This document shows, piece after piece, positions 12,081-23,968 of a DNA stretch of 64,000 bases. The DNA is taken from positions 37,884,001 through 37,948,000 of the forward strand of contig CM052817.1 in assembly GCA_028534125.1 (NCBI GenBank), given 5' to 3'. This DNA comes from Lama glama (taxonomy: Eukaryota). The notes below the pieces were generated by a model, which was given only the letters and a program-made list of their open reading frames with translations, ran no database searches and had not been told where the DNA came from. Each line of letters opens with the position of its first letter. Position 1 is the stretch's first letter. The position numbers were made by a program, and so were the translations under genes.

Positions 12081-13249
12081 TTCATCCCTACAAATGATTT
12101 CCAGGTTATGGTCAGGAAAGGGAAGGTCCCAGTGGTTAGGTTTATAGATACATCAGTATTGCTAGAAGCATCTCCTTTACGGAGTTGTCCAGCAGACTGC
12201 TGAAGGCAGTGTGACCCTTGGTCTTTACTTCCTGAGCATAAGCCTTATTCACTTACTGATGCATTGATGCAATATGTGTGCACAGAGAAGTCAAGAAATC
12301 TGCATGCCTGAGTCCATCTGTCTTTTGTGTACCGGCTCATAATTCACCAGTGGCAACAGTGGAGATATGGGCATTGATTAGCATCAGTGGAGAATGTGGG
12401 CCTGCATTTGAACCTCAGTTATTTTTCATTTTATTTATAGAGTTTTTTTTTTTCATAAAGGAAGCAAGTTACAAAATAAATAAGAAAAAAACTGAAATAC
12501 AGGCCAGATTCCAGTGCCAACAAAGAATACTCTCCTTTAAGGTTTTGAATTTGAGAGGGTTCCTTTTCTTTTCACCTTAACGTGAAGATTGCAGGATTTT
12601 TTTCCCCCAATTTTATAAATGGAAGAAATTTCGGTGTCCAGGGTTTTCAGCAACTGAGGAGCACGAAGCTGCTGATAATGGTGATGATGATGATCACAGC
12701 ACTTAACTAGCACCTCTCTGGTTTTTAATTTCTTAAATGATACATTTTCTTTCCTATCTCAGATGGCTTTGAAAAATTTCCTTTTCCCTTGGTCAGCAGA
12801 GCAGGTGCATTGTTCCCCAGTCTATACTAAATTAAACTAAAAGCTTGATGACGCATCAGGTGAGTAGCTTGTGGGTATTACTCTTGGATAGATGCATGTA
12901 AGTAGACTATTTGTAACTTACCTAAATCATGCCGTGAAGACATGTTCTCACTTGCAAAAAGGTGGATGACCTATAAGAATTCATGTAAGAACAGAGGCAC
13001 AGAGGTGTTATATCACCATGTCTTCTTACCAGTTTATTTTCTTTCCCCTCCTTTTTTCCTTTTCTCTCTATAATCTTCAAGTCAAAGTAGCAATTCAGCA
13101 AGGAAAGAAGACTGTACTTGTTTTAACCTTTATGCAGAAATACAGGTTAATAATGTCAGATGTTTTATCTTTTTGGAATAAAATGCAATGATAAAAATCA
13201 ATCCATTTTTTTCCATAAGAAAATCATTCTTCTCTTTTTTCTCCTTGAG

Positions 13250-14030
13250 GTTTAAAGTATTAAAGAGATGTCTAGATGAGACTTAGGACTCTATTCTAAT
13301 ACCTACTTGACCTCCACTCTGGAATTCACCATGTTCAACAACCATTTTCTTTCTTCCAAATCAGTTCATTTCTTATTTGTACTTTTCCATTAATATTAAT
13401 AATATCATCATTTCCCTAGTGAACTAGGGTCAGAATCTGAGTCATTTTTGAGAAATCTTTCTCTCTTAATCATTATATTCACCTGTTGGTACATTGTATA
13501 GATTCTACCTGGAAAATGACTCTCACTTCTATAACTCCATGGTTAGAACTCCAGTTTAGGACACAAGGCTTCTTGCCTTGCCTGGGGTAATAGCTTCTTA
13601 CTGGTGTCCTGCCTCTCTTCCCTAATCCGCCTGACGCAAGGCTCTCAGATTACTGCTTAAAAATCTTTGATTATTCCCTCTTGCCTCAGAATGAACTACA
13701 AACTTTTCAACCAGGAATTCAAGGACCTTTACCATATGGCAGCATCATTCTACTGTTCCTGTTTAACTTCTATTTGCCCAACAAGTCTGTGCTCCAACCA
13801 AACTAGATTCTTCACCATTTCCTGAACGTGAATCATGTATTTCTATCTCCCGTCTTTGTTCTCTTTTAGAGAACATTTCCTTCTCCCAGGATAACCTCAC
13901 TTTCCAGCTCTGCCTTTTGAAATCATATTTGCCTGTGTATGTCTACATCTGTCACCTCTGACTCTCCCTCCTTACCCCAACCTAAAGTACTCCCTTCTCT
14001 CTGTGACTCTCCATAGCCCTCTGTACTTCT
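13250..14030 (+). mobile_element. L2 LINE fragment
   Basis: Decayed L2 3' region ('aatagcttcttactggtgtcctgcctc', 'attcaaggacctttaccat'). Confidence 0.6.
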
Positions 14031-15289
14031 TTTAAAATTCCTTGTATTCTGATCAGCGTTACATTTTCTAACACTCTCCCAACTCCCGAGACCCACACCC
14101 ATGCACTCGTTTAAGAGTTCCTTATAAAAAAATATTAGGCCAGTTGAACGGAACTGGGGTTCTATCACCGTAGGTTGGTCTCAGTTACACATTAGAAAGG
14201 CTCAAAGATCTGCATTTAGCATATTAGAAACATAACCTGAAACTTTGCTCAAAGTGAATGCATGGACTCCCTCTATCACAAGATTGGCTACGTAGGAATA
14301 TATTTGTTTTCTAATTAATGGATCTGTTGGGCCTTTTCTGGAAATTTAGCTTGATTTCTATCATTGTAAGTCAGCTGAAGGTCTTTCCCCCTAGTGGCTG
14401 ACACTGCTTACGCTTCATTTTCTCGTCAGGCCCTCCTTATGGTGCATGGTTTCTGATCGGAATGACTGCACAGACTCAGAAAGTTATCAGACCCATGCTT
14501 GCATTGTAGACTCTGAGCCACTTAGAAATACTTAGAAGTTAAAGTAAAAATTTACTCCCACAAAGGCTGCACATACCCATGAGCACACGTGGAGAATAGT
14601 TACCCTTGCAGTGTTAGCTCACAGCCTTCGTGGCAAGGTTTTCATTCAGTAGGTGAAGGCTATCACCGACAATGTGAGAGCTAAATCTTTTTTTTTTTTT
14701 AATTTCTGAAATTTTCCAAGAGTAAACAGAAAATACATGCCACAACTTCTCCTTGATTTTTCCCCTAAGAAAATATATATGTATTTTTAATCTTGAAGTA
14801 TTGGAGGGGAAAATTCCAATCTAGTATAGTGCATATTTTATTTTCCATAGTGATTCTGGGTACATAACATCATATTTATGGTTTTAAGACCAAATTTAAT
14901 CGTATCTTTGGGATTCTTAAATTGATGCCACTAGTTTGCTTATGGCCAGATTAGAAAGGAGTTTTGAATTTTGAAATTTGGATATTTTTGTAGGAAACTG
15001 ATAGAAGTTAATTAATCAATCCTGTCAAGTTATTTCCCCATGTCAATTTAGTTATTGACTAAATAAAACATGAACATGTTATTTTCTTTTTTATATGTAA
15101 AAAAAGGAGTTTTGAGTAAATACATTAATGCAGTAGAGACATTTTTAAAGTTTAGAAAGCAAACAGGAAAATATTAAATATTGGATTAAGAAATACTCCA
15201 AAACCAGTCATAAATGTAGAAATTGCAGTTTTGAAAAAAATTCAGAATTAGGAGTGAGGAAACAGAAAACATCTTTTAGCCTGACATTT

Positions 15290-16210
15290 TCAGGTTTAAA
15301 ATCCTTCATTGGCTTCCTACTGTTTTGGGGCAAAGTCTAAAGTTTTTAGCACAGCATATGAAATCCTTCACAGTTTGATCCCAAGCCCCCAGTTCCAGTG
15401 TAATAATCTTAACTTCTTTCCACGGCTGCATTGACATCTTCCTCCTCCCATAGCCTCACTCTCAGGCATATCCAAGTACTGACTTTTCTATATCTCTTTG
15501 TATTTAACATATTTCCCCCCAAATTTGGAATGCCTTATTCCGCATCAGGAAAAACTGTTCAAGACTTGGAAGCGGGTTTCCTAGGTATTTTCTAGGGACG
15601 CTCTGGGAATTGTAGATTCTGTAGGGGTGTGCAGGGTTGATTGATTTTTCTATTGACTAGACGATTTTACAGTTTTGTAACAGTAGAAGTTAAGTTGTAG
15701 AAAACTATTAGCAATGCAAATGATTCTTATCCATAGCAATACAAACAGTTGCTATTCATAGCAATGCAAGTGAATTTTGTCTGGTAGAAGATATAAATCT
15801 CTGTAGGTCAAATAAAATGTTTGACATATGCTCATTTTATATATAAATGACAGTAATGTTTTTGACTTTTTGAAAATTAAATTTATTATCTGTGCCTTCA
15901 ACTACCATGTATGAAGCTCCTATTTATTCTTTAAAATATGGTGAAAATACCACCTTCTCAGTGGGACCTTTTCTATTTCCCTAAACAAAATTAGCTTCTT
16001 GCCTCATAATGATCCCATTACACTTTCAGTCTACTTCTACTGCGGCTCTTAACCAAATTGTAGCGTATCTATCTATATTTCTGTTTTTCCCACTAGACTA
16101 GATCTTCAAAAGCAGAAAACATGTTTTATTCATCTTCATATCATCTACTCCTTTGCCAAGCATATAGCACATGACATACAGACATTTGCTTGGTAAATGT
16201 TTATCGATGG
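15290..16210 (+). mobile_element. L2 3' fragment, split by an insertion at ~15570-15920
   Basis: 'tttaaaatccttcattggcttcc...' and terminal 'ccactagact...gtaaatgtttatcgatggat'. Confidence 0.6.
15570..15920. mobile_element. Probable DNA transposon (hAT-like) relic nested in L2
   Basis: Interrupts the L2 and contains a 25-bp-period subrepeat. The family is not confidently recognised. Confidence 0.3.
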
Positions 16211-17057
16211 ATCAAAGTAGAAATCACAGGAGAGGGTGATGGGCATGTTTTAGCGTTTGTTGATGAGGGGAGTTGGCTTCTCACAACAAAATCCCAGAAT
16301 AACTCTTTTACTTGTAGACCTTATGGGAAAATATAATGCAGCATGAAATTGAAAAAAGTTGAAAGAAGATGCTTAATGAAGCCAGAATGACCTAGAAGAG
16401 ATAAGGATTAAGCGAGCTGAGAGTTAGAGGTTTGCGTTATGGCTTTTTTCCTGAATTACTATAGTTGAGACATTTTTCTTCTGTCATGCTTTATATATCT
16501 GTAAACTAGGGATGATAATAATTACAATTATCAAGACAGAGGAATTCCTGTAAGGGGATGTTAGAGTCAAAAGTGGGCATGGGGCAGCCTTACTTTCATT
16601 TGGCAATGAGTGAGAGAAATCTAAAATAAATATGGCTTTATTACAGTGTGACGTATACAACTATAGCTTGAATAAAATTGAAAAGTGACTTGACTCTTTA
16701 TCTTAAATTTGGAAGTCTTTAGAATTATCCTCACATCCTCACCATTTATATTTTTACTTTATTTATGTATTTTTAGGAACTAGTTTCTGGCAAAATAAGC
16801 AACCATTAGAATTGAGAGGCAGACGTTTTTGTCAGATACTTTGCACAATTAAATTTAATTGTGTTTGGATACCTTAAGATTCAGTTACTTTTTTACAAAT
16901 GTTTGGATATTCCTTCTGAAGCAAAGAGTCATTTCTAGTATTTACTTCATAAATAGGTCACTTACAAATAGCGGACTTAAAAACCAGCAGTAAATTCTGA
17001 ATTTATGTCCTGGCAGGTGAGAGAACCCAAACTATTTACTAATACAGCTCAGCTGCT

Positions 17058-17071
17058 GTTTCCATGGCAAC
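17058..17071. promoter_or_regulatory. RFX X-box (GTTTCCATGGCAAC)
   Basis: 14-bp match to the canonical GTTNCCATGGNAAC palindrome in non-repeat DNA. Confidence 0.55.
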
Positions 17072-18313
17072 AGAGGCCAGTTACTGTCAGCCAGTCTCTT
17101 TGATGGTTGACTTCAGCAGTGAACCCTGTGTGATGCTGCCAAGTGTCTGGCTTCTGTGTTTCCTATTCCAAGCAATTGTTTCTTATTCTGAATACTAATG
17201 ACTGGTCTACAAAGGCCACATGGTTCAATTGCCCTGAAGACGGGCCTGGGAGTCACATGTGGAAGAGTAGTGAGCGTTTTGCCTGTAGCGAATTAAAAAC
17301 TGTACATAACTGGATTGTACATTTCCTAACTAGCTATGCCAGTAATTTATTAATAATGTTACCTTGCTATTGTTAGGCAGCTGGGCCTGAATGAGAAATG
17401 ACAGCACATCGGTCATCGTTGAGTCAAATGTGTTTTCAGGGAGGCTCAATGACTTTGGCTGGCCAGCATTGTCATGTAAATCCAAATGATTGTGCACATG
17501 GTTGCCAGCGGAAAAATACATTTGCAACTGAAGTGCTTTTTTTGCTGTTTAAAATGTTCATATATTGATTGCTCTGAAATGGAGAAAAAGCAGCTGCCTG
17601 AAATGCCAGTGAAATGGCTGAGAAATTTAAAATAAGAGGGGAAAAATCGGAGCATTTGAGTAGAGAAACAAGTTAAGTAGTTTTTGCTCTTTGAAAATGA
17701 AGAGTACTGTGATTTTGAAGTTTTAGATATATGAGGATTATCAGTGTAGATCCCCTTTGACTGGGTCACACCCTATCCCAGGAATCTGAAAACCAGATTT
17801 GTTGTAATTGTATTTCTCTCTAGAGCATACATTCCCTGAGGGAAGGCCGCTTTCATCACTGCATTCCTGACAGCCAGCACAGGGCCTGACACACACTGAG
17901 TACTCAGTAAATATTTAGTGAATTAAATGAAACTCAATATATCCTCTGCAAGAAGTGTCTGGTTTTTAAGCCCATCAAGTTCCCCGGAAGAAGCTATTAG
18001 ACTCATCCCTTCCTTACAAAGCATATAACCCACTACTCGACCCTCACTGCTAAACGTCTGATGTGGAAGTTCCGTTGGCAGTTACTTATGGCTGAGGCCA
18101 AAGTGTCTGTTCCCAACAGACCCCACTCAGAGGGGGCTCTTCCCATCAGCACTTTCCCCCAGCTAGTGGATCTAATAATCATAGCTTTTGGTGGCCTCAC
18201 TGGTCATTTCTGACCCTATGGCCACCCTCTCTACCTCGTCAAGGTCAAAGCTCCTGCTGGCTGTTTTGCGCAGGCACCTCTGATGATTTTCCTCTCCTTG
18301 TGCCAAATTCTGC

Positions 18314-18570
18314 CCCTGGTTCTCAACTGGAGACCATCTGGTCTGCCTCCTTTCCCCCAGCTCCTCCTGCCCCTGCAGCATTTGGCCATATGTGGAGTCA
18401 TCTGTGGTGAGCACAGCCTGGCTGGGGTGGGGTGGGGTGGGGTGGAGTGTGCCGTCGGGTCTGGTCTGTGGAGGCCAGGGATGCCGCTGGATCCTGCCGC
18501 GCACAGGCCACCCTCGCCACAAAGACTCTTTGGCCCAAAATGTCAGTAGTGCCAAAGCTGAGAAACCCTG
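18314..18570 (+). mobile_element. MER20 hAT-Charlie MITE
   Basis: Termini 'ctggttctcaac...' and 'ggcccaaaatgtcagtagtgccaaagctgagaaaccctg', with internal 'gaggccagggatgc'. Confidence 0.9.
18424..18445 (+). repeat. (GGGGT)4GG G-quadruplex motif
   Basis: Four G4 runs with 1-nt loops. Confidence 0.8.
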
Positions 18571-20191
18571 CTCGGGGGCTTCCAGTTCTTCCGTGGAACC
18601 TGTTCAGAACCCTTCAGAATGACACTCTCTGCCTTCCTCGTCTCTACTCCTCCCCCACTTTTTTTTCCCTTTAAATTTGGCTTGTTTTCTTATACTTTTA
18701 AAATTTGCTTTCTCTACCTCAAGATGTTGCCACAGAGAGACTCTCACTCATTGCTACCAGGGTCGAACTCAGATACATAGTATTCTTGCCTGTAGCCCCA
18801 GATTCCAGAGGGTAGAAAGGCAAATATGCAGATTGAATGCCAGGAATAATCAATCCTGAATATCCCATTGCTTTTAAGAGAGACATAAAAAGAAGCTCTA
18901 CAAATATACCACATGGAATTTTGAAGCTGCTCTGTAAATAATAAATATTTTGCATTGTTCTGAATTTTTTCTCACTGTAGAGGAATTGTAAATTGAGTAT
19001 TTGTGTATTACATCAAATTTTGGAAAGCAGATGTGGTTCAATAACCTTAATAATATCATTTTTAGGATGGGCATTTTTGTGTCTTTGAAAACTTCAAATT
19101 GATTGAACTACATTATAGGTATTTTAGGAAAAGAACTGCACATGTTTATTCATGGATATGAGGCTCAAATTTTGGTTCTAATGTGGAAAAGTTAGATAAC
19201 TGCACAGCACTTGATAGACTTTTTCAAAACTTTAAAAAGGGAGTATTGAGTGTAACTTGTTTAGTGATTTCAGTGACATTTGAAGGGAGGGAAACATTTC
19301 ACCTTTAAATTCTTTAGAAATATTAACTAATTAATCTTCATAACCCTCTTGTAATAAGAAATGTATTATTATCTGTTTTGAAAGATTTGAGCATGCTTAC
19401 CATATAATATTCCAGTTTAGCAAATTCATGAACAGTGGTTAAGGGTAGTGTTTCTGCTCTCGAATACTGTAATTAAATCCCCTTCCCAGATGCTTTCTTT
19501 GTAAATAGCATAACATAGTAATTTTTAGTTTTTGCCTTTAACCAACTAGTCTTTATAGTTTAAGGGAAAGGAAATCTGGATAATTAATTTACAAAGTACT
19601 GAGATAAATTAATATTATATTAATATCTCTATGCTGCCAAAATCAAGTCTATAAACTCTTTTCTTTTCAGTTTTTATTTAAAATACTTTTACAATAAAAA
19701 ATGTTTAAAAAAATTAAATAAAATACTTTTAAAGTTCCTTTTCATGAATATTCACATATTTAAAGTTGCAAAATGAACAAAGTATTATTATTACTAAACT
19801 GATTTTCTTATTTTATGCTAACTCCTATTTACTGCATCACCAAATTGATTCAAATTATAGACACATAACAAGGAGGTCATGACTTACAAGTATTCAAATA
19901 ATTGATAGGCCCTTCAGGTTTTGCTTTTATCAATAGAAATTTAGAGGTTATGTTAGCATAATATAGAAATTTTGTCTTTATAATTGGTAAAAAAATTCAA
20001 TACAGATATGATGATACCTAATTGCTTTCATATGACTTTAGAAAGAAGCCTAACTCATTCATTCAACAAATGTTTATTGACAGCCCAGCCTGTGCCAGTG
20101 ACTAGGGATACAAATTGTACAAGACAGGCAAAACAGCTAACAGAAGCCACAGATGCTTATAACCCTTTAAAAGTTAATACCATACTTTAGG

Positions 20192-20366
20192 CAGTGGTTC
20201 TTAAAGTGTGGTACCCAGACCAGCTGCATCAGTGTCACCTAGGAGTTTGTTAGAAATGCAAATGCTCAGGCCTGTGAATTAGAACCTCTGAGGCTGGGGC
20301 CCAGCAGTCTGTGTTTAACCAGCCTTCCAGGGGATTCCCGTGCACACTGAAGATTGATAACCACTG
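20192..20366 (+). mobile_element. MER5A hAT-Charlie MITE
   Basis: TIRs cagtggtt...aaccactg, with internal 'ttgttagaaatgcaaat' and 'ggggcccagcagtctgtgtttaac'. Confidence 0.9.
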
Positions 20367-20884
20367 CTTTGGCAGGTTGAGATTGATCTCTTCCAATATT
20401 AAGGATTCAAGAAGTCAACTTTTCTAAAGGCAGAGGTTCTAGGGATAGAATTTACAAAAAATGTTTTAAGAAATAATCAGAAATGCACATACAGGGTCAT
20501 CAAGTGACTAAGATATAAGAAATTCTCATTATTAAGGAAGAAATGATAGTAGAAACTATTAAAACCTCTGACTTTAATGAGAATTTGACTCTGCTGCTCT
20601 CCTGAGTAGATTAGGTCCCTCATTTTATCCAAGTCTTTGGCATGAGATTCCTTGTGCCATGAAATAGATTTTAGGCAAAGAAAATTGTATTTGCATTCCA
20701 GTTCTGTGTTCACCAGTCAGTACTGCTCTTTAATTTTTCAAATCTCGTCTAATAGGGGAATTCCTACCTGGTTCTGTTTGGTTCCATTTTATCAGAAGGG
20801 AGCAGCTCTTCTTTCTAGCTTCTTGGTGCTCCTTCAGATGGTCCTGTGTTCTCCCATTGCTGAGACCTCAGCCCTTCCTTCTTT

Positions 20885-21384
20885 NNNNNNNNNNNNNNNN
20901 NNNNNNNNNNNNNNNNNNNNNNNNNNNNNNNNNNNNNNNNNNNNNNNNNNNNNNNNNNNNNNNNNNNNNNNNNNNNNNNNNNNNNNNNNNNNNNNNNNNN
21001 NNNNNNNNNNNNNNNNNNNNNNNNNNNNNNNNNNNNNNNNNNNNNNNNNNNNNNNNNNNNNNNNNNNNNNNNNNNNNNNNNNNNNNNNNNNNNNNNNNNN
21101 NNNNNNNNNNNNNNNNNNNNNNNNNNNNNNNNNNNNNNNNNNNNNNNNNNNNNNNNNNNNNNNNNNNNNNNNNNNNNNNNNNNNNNNNNNNNNNNNNNNN
21201 NNNNNNNNNNNNNNNNNNNNNNNNNNNNNNNNNNNNNNNNNNNNNNNNNNNNNNNNNNNNNNNNNNNNNNNNNNNNNNNNNNNNNNNNNNNNNNNNNNNN
21301 NNNNNNNNNNNNNNNNNNNNNNNNNNNNNNNNNNNNNNNNNNNNNNNNNNNNNNNNNNNNNNNNNNNNNNNNNNNNNNNNNNNN
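20885..21384. other. Assembly gap (500 N)
   Basis: Run of exactly 500 N. Confidence 1.
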
Positions 21385-21854
21385 GTCAGGTTTATTGCTG
21401 ACTTTTAAAAAGTGTTATCTGTGGATGGTTAGGCTATCTGTAATCCATGAAGCCCCGGAGTGTATGGTTCGTAAACTGAGGAGTAAAGTATAATGAGGCT
21501 ATTGCTTAAGAGGAGTAATGTGAGGATTGGCAAATATTTGGGGAAGGAAACTTGTATTTGTTATTTCACTCATTGATACCACAAATAGTTTTTAAGCACA
21601 GATTATGTGTCAGACATTGTTTTAGGTGCTGGGAACACAATGAAAGAAACACTTTCTATCCTCAAACACTCTAATGGGGGAATAAAAGAAACAGGCCATT
21701 GCAGTACAGTGTGATAAGTGCTGGGAGTTGAGGCTTAGAGACTAATTAGAGGCCACTCTATTAAACTGGGGAAGGGATGATGTAGTCCAGGGTATGCTGG
21801 TGAGTTCTGAGTAACTTGGAGAGATGTTTAAGGGATAAAGAAGGAGTTTAGAGG

Positions 21855-22090
21855 AATGCTGGAGAGTTAAGACCATAGACTAGGAACCAGACCGTGAATC
21901 CAAATCCTGGTGTTTGCCCCTAACTAGCACTGTGATGCTGAGCTATGTGAGCCTCTCTGGGTTTCAGTGTCTCATTTAAAAATTGGTGATAATGATAGTA
22001 CCAGATACTCAGGTTATTAAGAGGAATACCAGAGTCAAACCACATGAAGTGCTTCAACCGGTGAACATTACCTTCTATGAATAAGTTTTA
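21855..22090 (+). mobile_element. MIR SINE
   Basis: 'gagttaagaccatagact...caaatcctgg...cctctctgggtttcagtgtctcatttaaaaattggtgataat'. Confidence 0.7.
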
Positions 22091-22304
22091 TCTTTAGCAA
22101 CAGAGGAGATATCTGTGAGCAGTGGTTAGTGTGATGGTGAGTGGGCAAAAGGAGGAAGAGGAGTCAGGATTGACTTGTGGTTTTCTAGGCTGTCCCAGCA
22201 GATGGATAGAGATGTGATTTTCATAATCTCCTGAGTGGGCTAGTAAGGATGGAAGCAGAACTGGGTGTGTGAATAGGAGGTGAGGCAGTACAAATGAAGA
22301 GCAC

Positions 22305-22460
22305 ACCAGGGGGCTCCAAACTGGGTGCACTTATGATCATCTGGAGGCTTTAAAAATATAGATTCTGTACCATGGTAGGCTTACTGAATTGACTTCCCCC
22401 AAGAGAAGACCCAGGTGTGTGAATTTTTAGAGGGTTCCAAAGGTGATTCTGATGAAGTCA
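22305..22460. mobile_element. MER5-family hAT MITE, decayed
   Basis: 'ctccaaactgggtgcac...tttaaaaatatagattc...aggtgattctgatg'. Confidence 0.55.
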
Positions 22461-22760
22461 GTTCACGGAACAGCATGTGTCCCTATTTTAGAGGAATCTC
22501 ACAAGAATTTAAGTTTATAAAGGGGGTTATAGAAGAAAATAGTTCAAAGAAATTGAAGAATGAAAACAGAAGAGATCTAAACGTATAAATTCCGATGGGG
22601 AAGATCCAGCAGACATAGAGTATTTGAAGTTACAGAGAGAATAAATGATAGAAAAGGCCCCTAGAAAATGAAATAAGATAGATTCAAGATGGAACGAGGA
22701 TGATTAAATCCTCCACTAACCAAAGGGAGTCAGAAGGAATGGGTGTGAACCCAGATACAT

Positions 22761-22792
22761 TGTGTGTGTGTGTGTGTGGGTGTGTGTGTGTG
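22761..22792. repeat. Interrupted (TG)n microsatellite
   Basis: Read directly from the sequence. Confidence 0.9.
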
Positions 22793-22879
22793 GTTTATGG
22801 TTAGGGTTAGAGTGACAGTTTGTGGAAATAGTTTGAAAAATTGCTATCTGTTGGTTTGATGTACGATAAATTGCCTCTG

Positions 22880-23290
22880 GTATTAATTTTCCTTTTATTC
22901 TTGTTAGTAATAGAACCCTCCTGAATTTTAGCTAGGTACATGGCCTCCCTTGCAGCTAAATGTGGTTCTGTAATCATATTCGGGCCAGTGGGATGTGAAT
23001 GGAATGATGTGTGCATTGTCTGGGAAAGATAAAGTGGCTTGCCCCGATTCCCCTTTCTCCCCACCTGGCTGGGAAGTGACTAAAATGGAAGGCAGTCTTA
23101 GACACAGATGAAAACCATGTTTTCGTCACTTGAGGGCATGAGCCAGAGGTCCTGGCTGTTGCCCCAAGCAGAGCCTAGACTGCTTGCTATCTCCCTTTGC
23201 ATGTTATGCCAGAAACAAATAAGCATTTATCTTATTGAAATACTGGGTTGGGGAGCTCCTTTGTTAGAGCAGCTTACACTATTGTACAGA
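22880..23290 (+). mobile_element. MaLR solo LTR (old MLT1, H/I/J-like)
   Basis: 'cctcccttgcagctaaatgtgg...ggccagtgggatgtgaatggaa' and end 'tttgttagagcagc'. Confidence 0.7.
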
Positions 23291-23451
23291 TAGATTCTAT
23301 ATTCTCTGTAAATGAGGAGATGACATTATTTTCTAAGAGTTAAGAGTTGGTGGGAAAGGGCATAAGGTTTGAAAAGAAAGAAATTAGTTTGAAATAACTA
23401 GTTGTAGGGGATGGAATAATAGAGACAGGTACTAGGAAAATGTAGAAATGC

Positions 23452-23968
23452 TGTGTTAGCGGATGGAGAGATTTCCAAATTAGGAAGCCCACCAAAAGAA
23501 TGGGTCCTCGCCTGCTGGTTGAGAAGGTATTCTCAGCAGAGGCAGAGAAACAAAGTGAGAAAAGTACTTTATTGCTCAGCCAGGTAGCTAGTTGAGACAG
23601 TACCCCCCATCACCCACTGGGCTGAGGGTCTTTTATTGGAAGGCTCTGCCATCATTAGCTTCATTCTGATGGTGCAAAAGTCAATCACTTTTTTCATGTT
23701 ATGGGCTCTTTCCTCCTGCGGAGCTCAACCCTAGAACAGGAACTTCAGTGGGAAAGAGAACAAAGAAAAAGATACTGGGTTATGTCCTTGGGATTAAGGC
23801 AGCCGCTGTGGAACAAAACCATCCTGTTACTTGGCTGTGCCCTTGGAATCAAGGAGCCAGCTGTGGCCTAAGAGAGACATCTTGTTTTTTTTTTTAACAG
23901 TTTGACATTTTCTTCCCCTTGTTAATACTTAGTCCGGGTCAGCAAGCCTGCCTAATCACCTCTCTCAA
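23452..23968 (-). mobile_element. Solo LTR, probably lineage-specific ERV, family unassigned
   Basis: ~500 bp GC-richer block with TG and CA ends that interrupts an L2-like sequence. AATAAA occurs on the minus strand (tttattg at ~23568 and ~23633). TSD not resolved. Confidence 0.55.

Noticed and set aside
15706..15770. Repeat-spacer-like periodicity as a CRISPR-type array
   Set aside because: Only three ~11-nt units with ~14-nt spacers in mammalian DNA, and no cas genes.
18172..18674. Four overlapping GC-rich ORFs
   Set aside because: Explained by the GC-shifted MER20, which has few stop codons. No recognisable domain.
20652..21408. Long ORFs of 249 aa and 183 aa
   Set aside because: Artefacts of reading through the 500-N gap.
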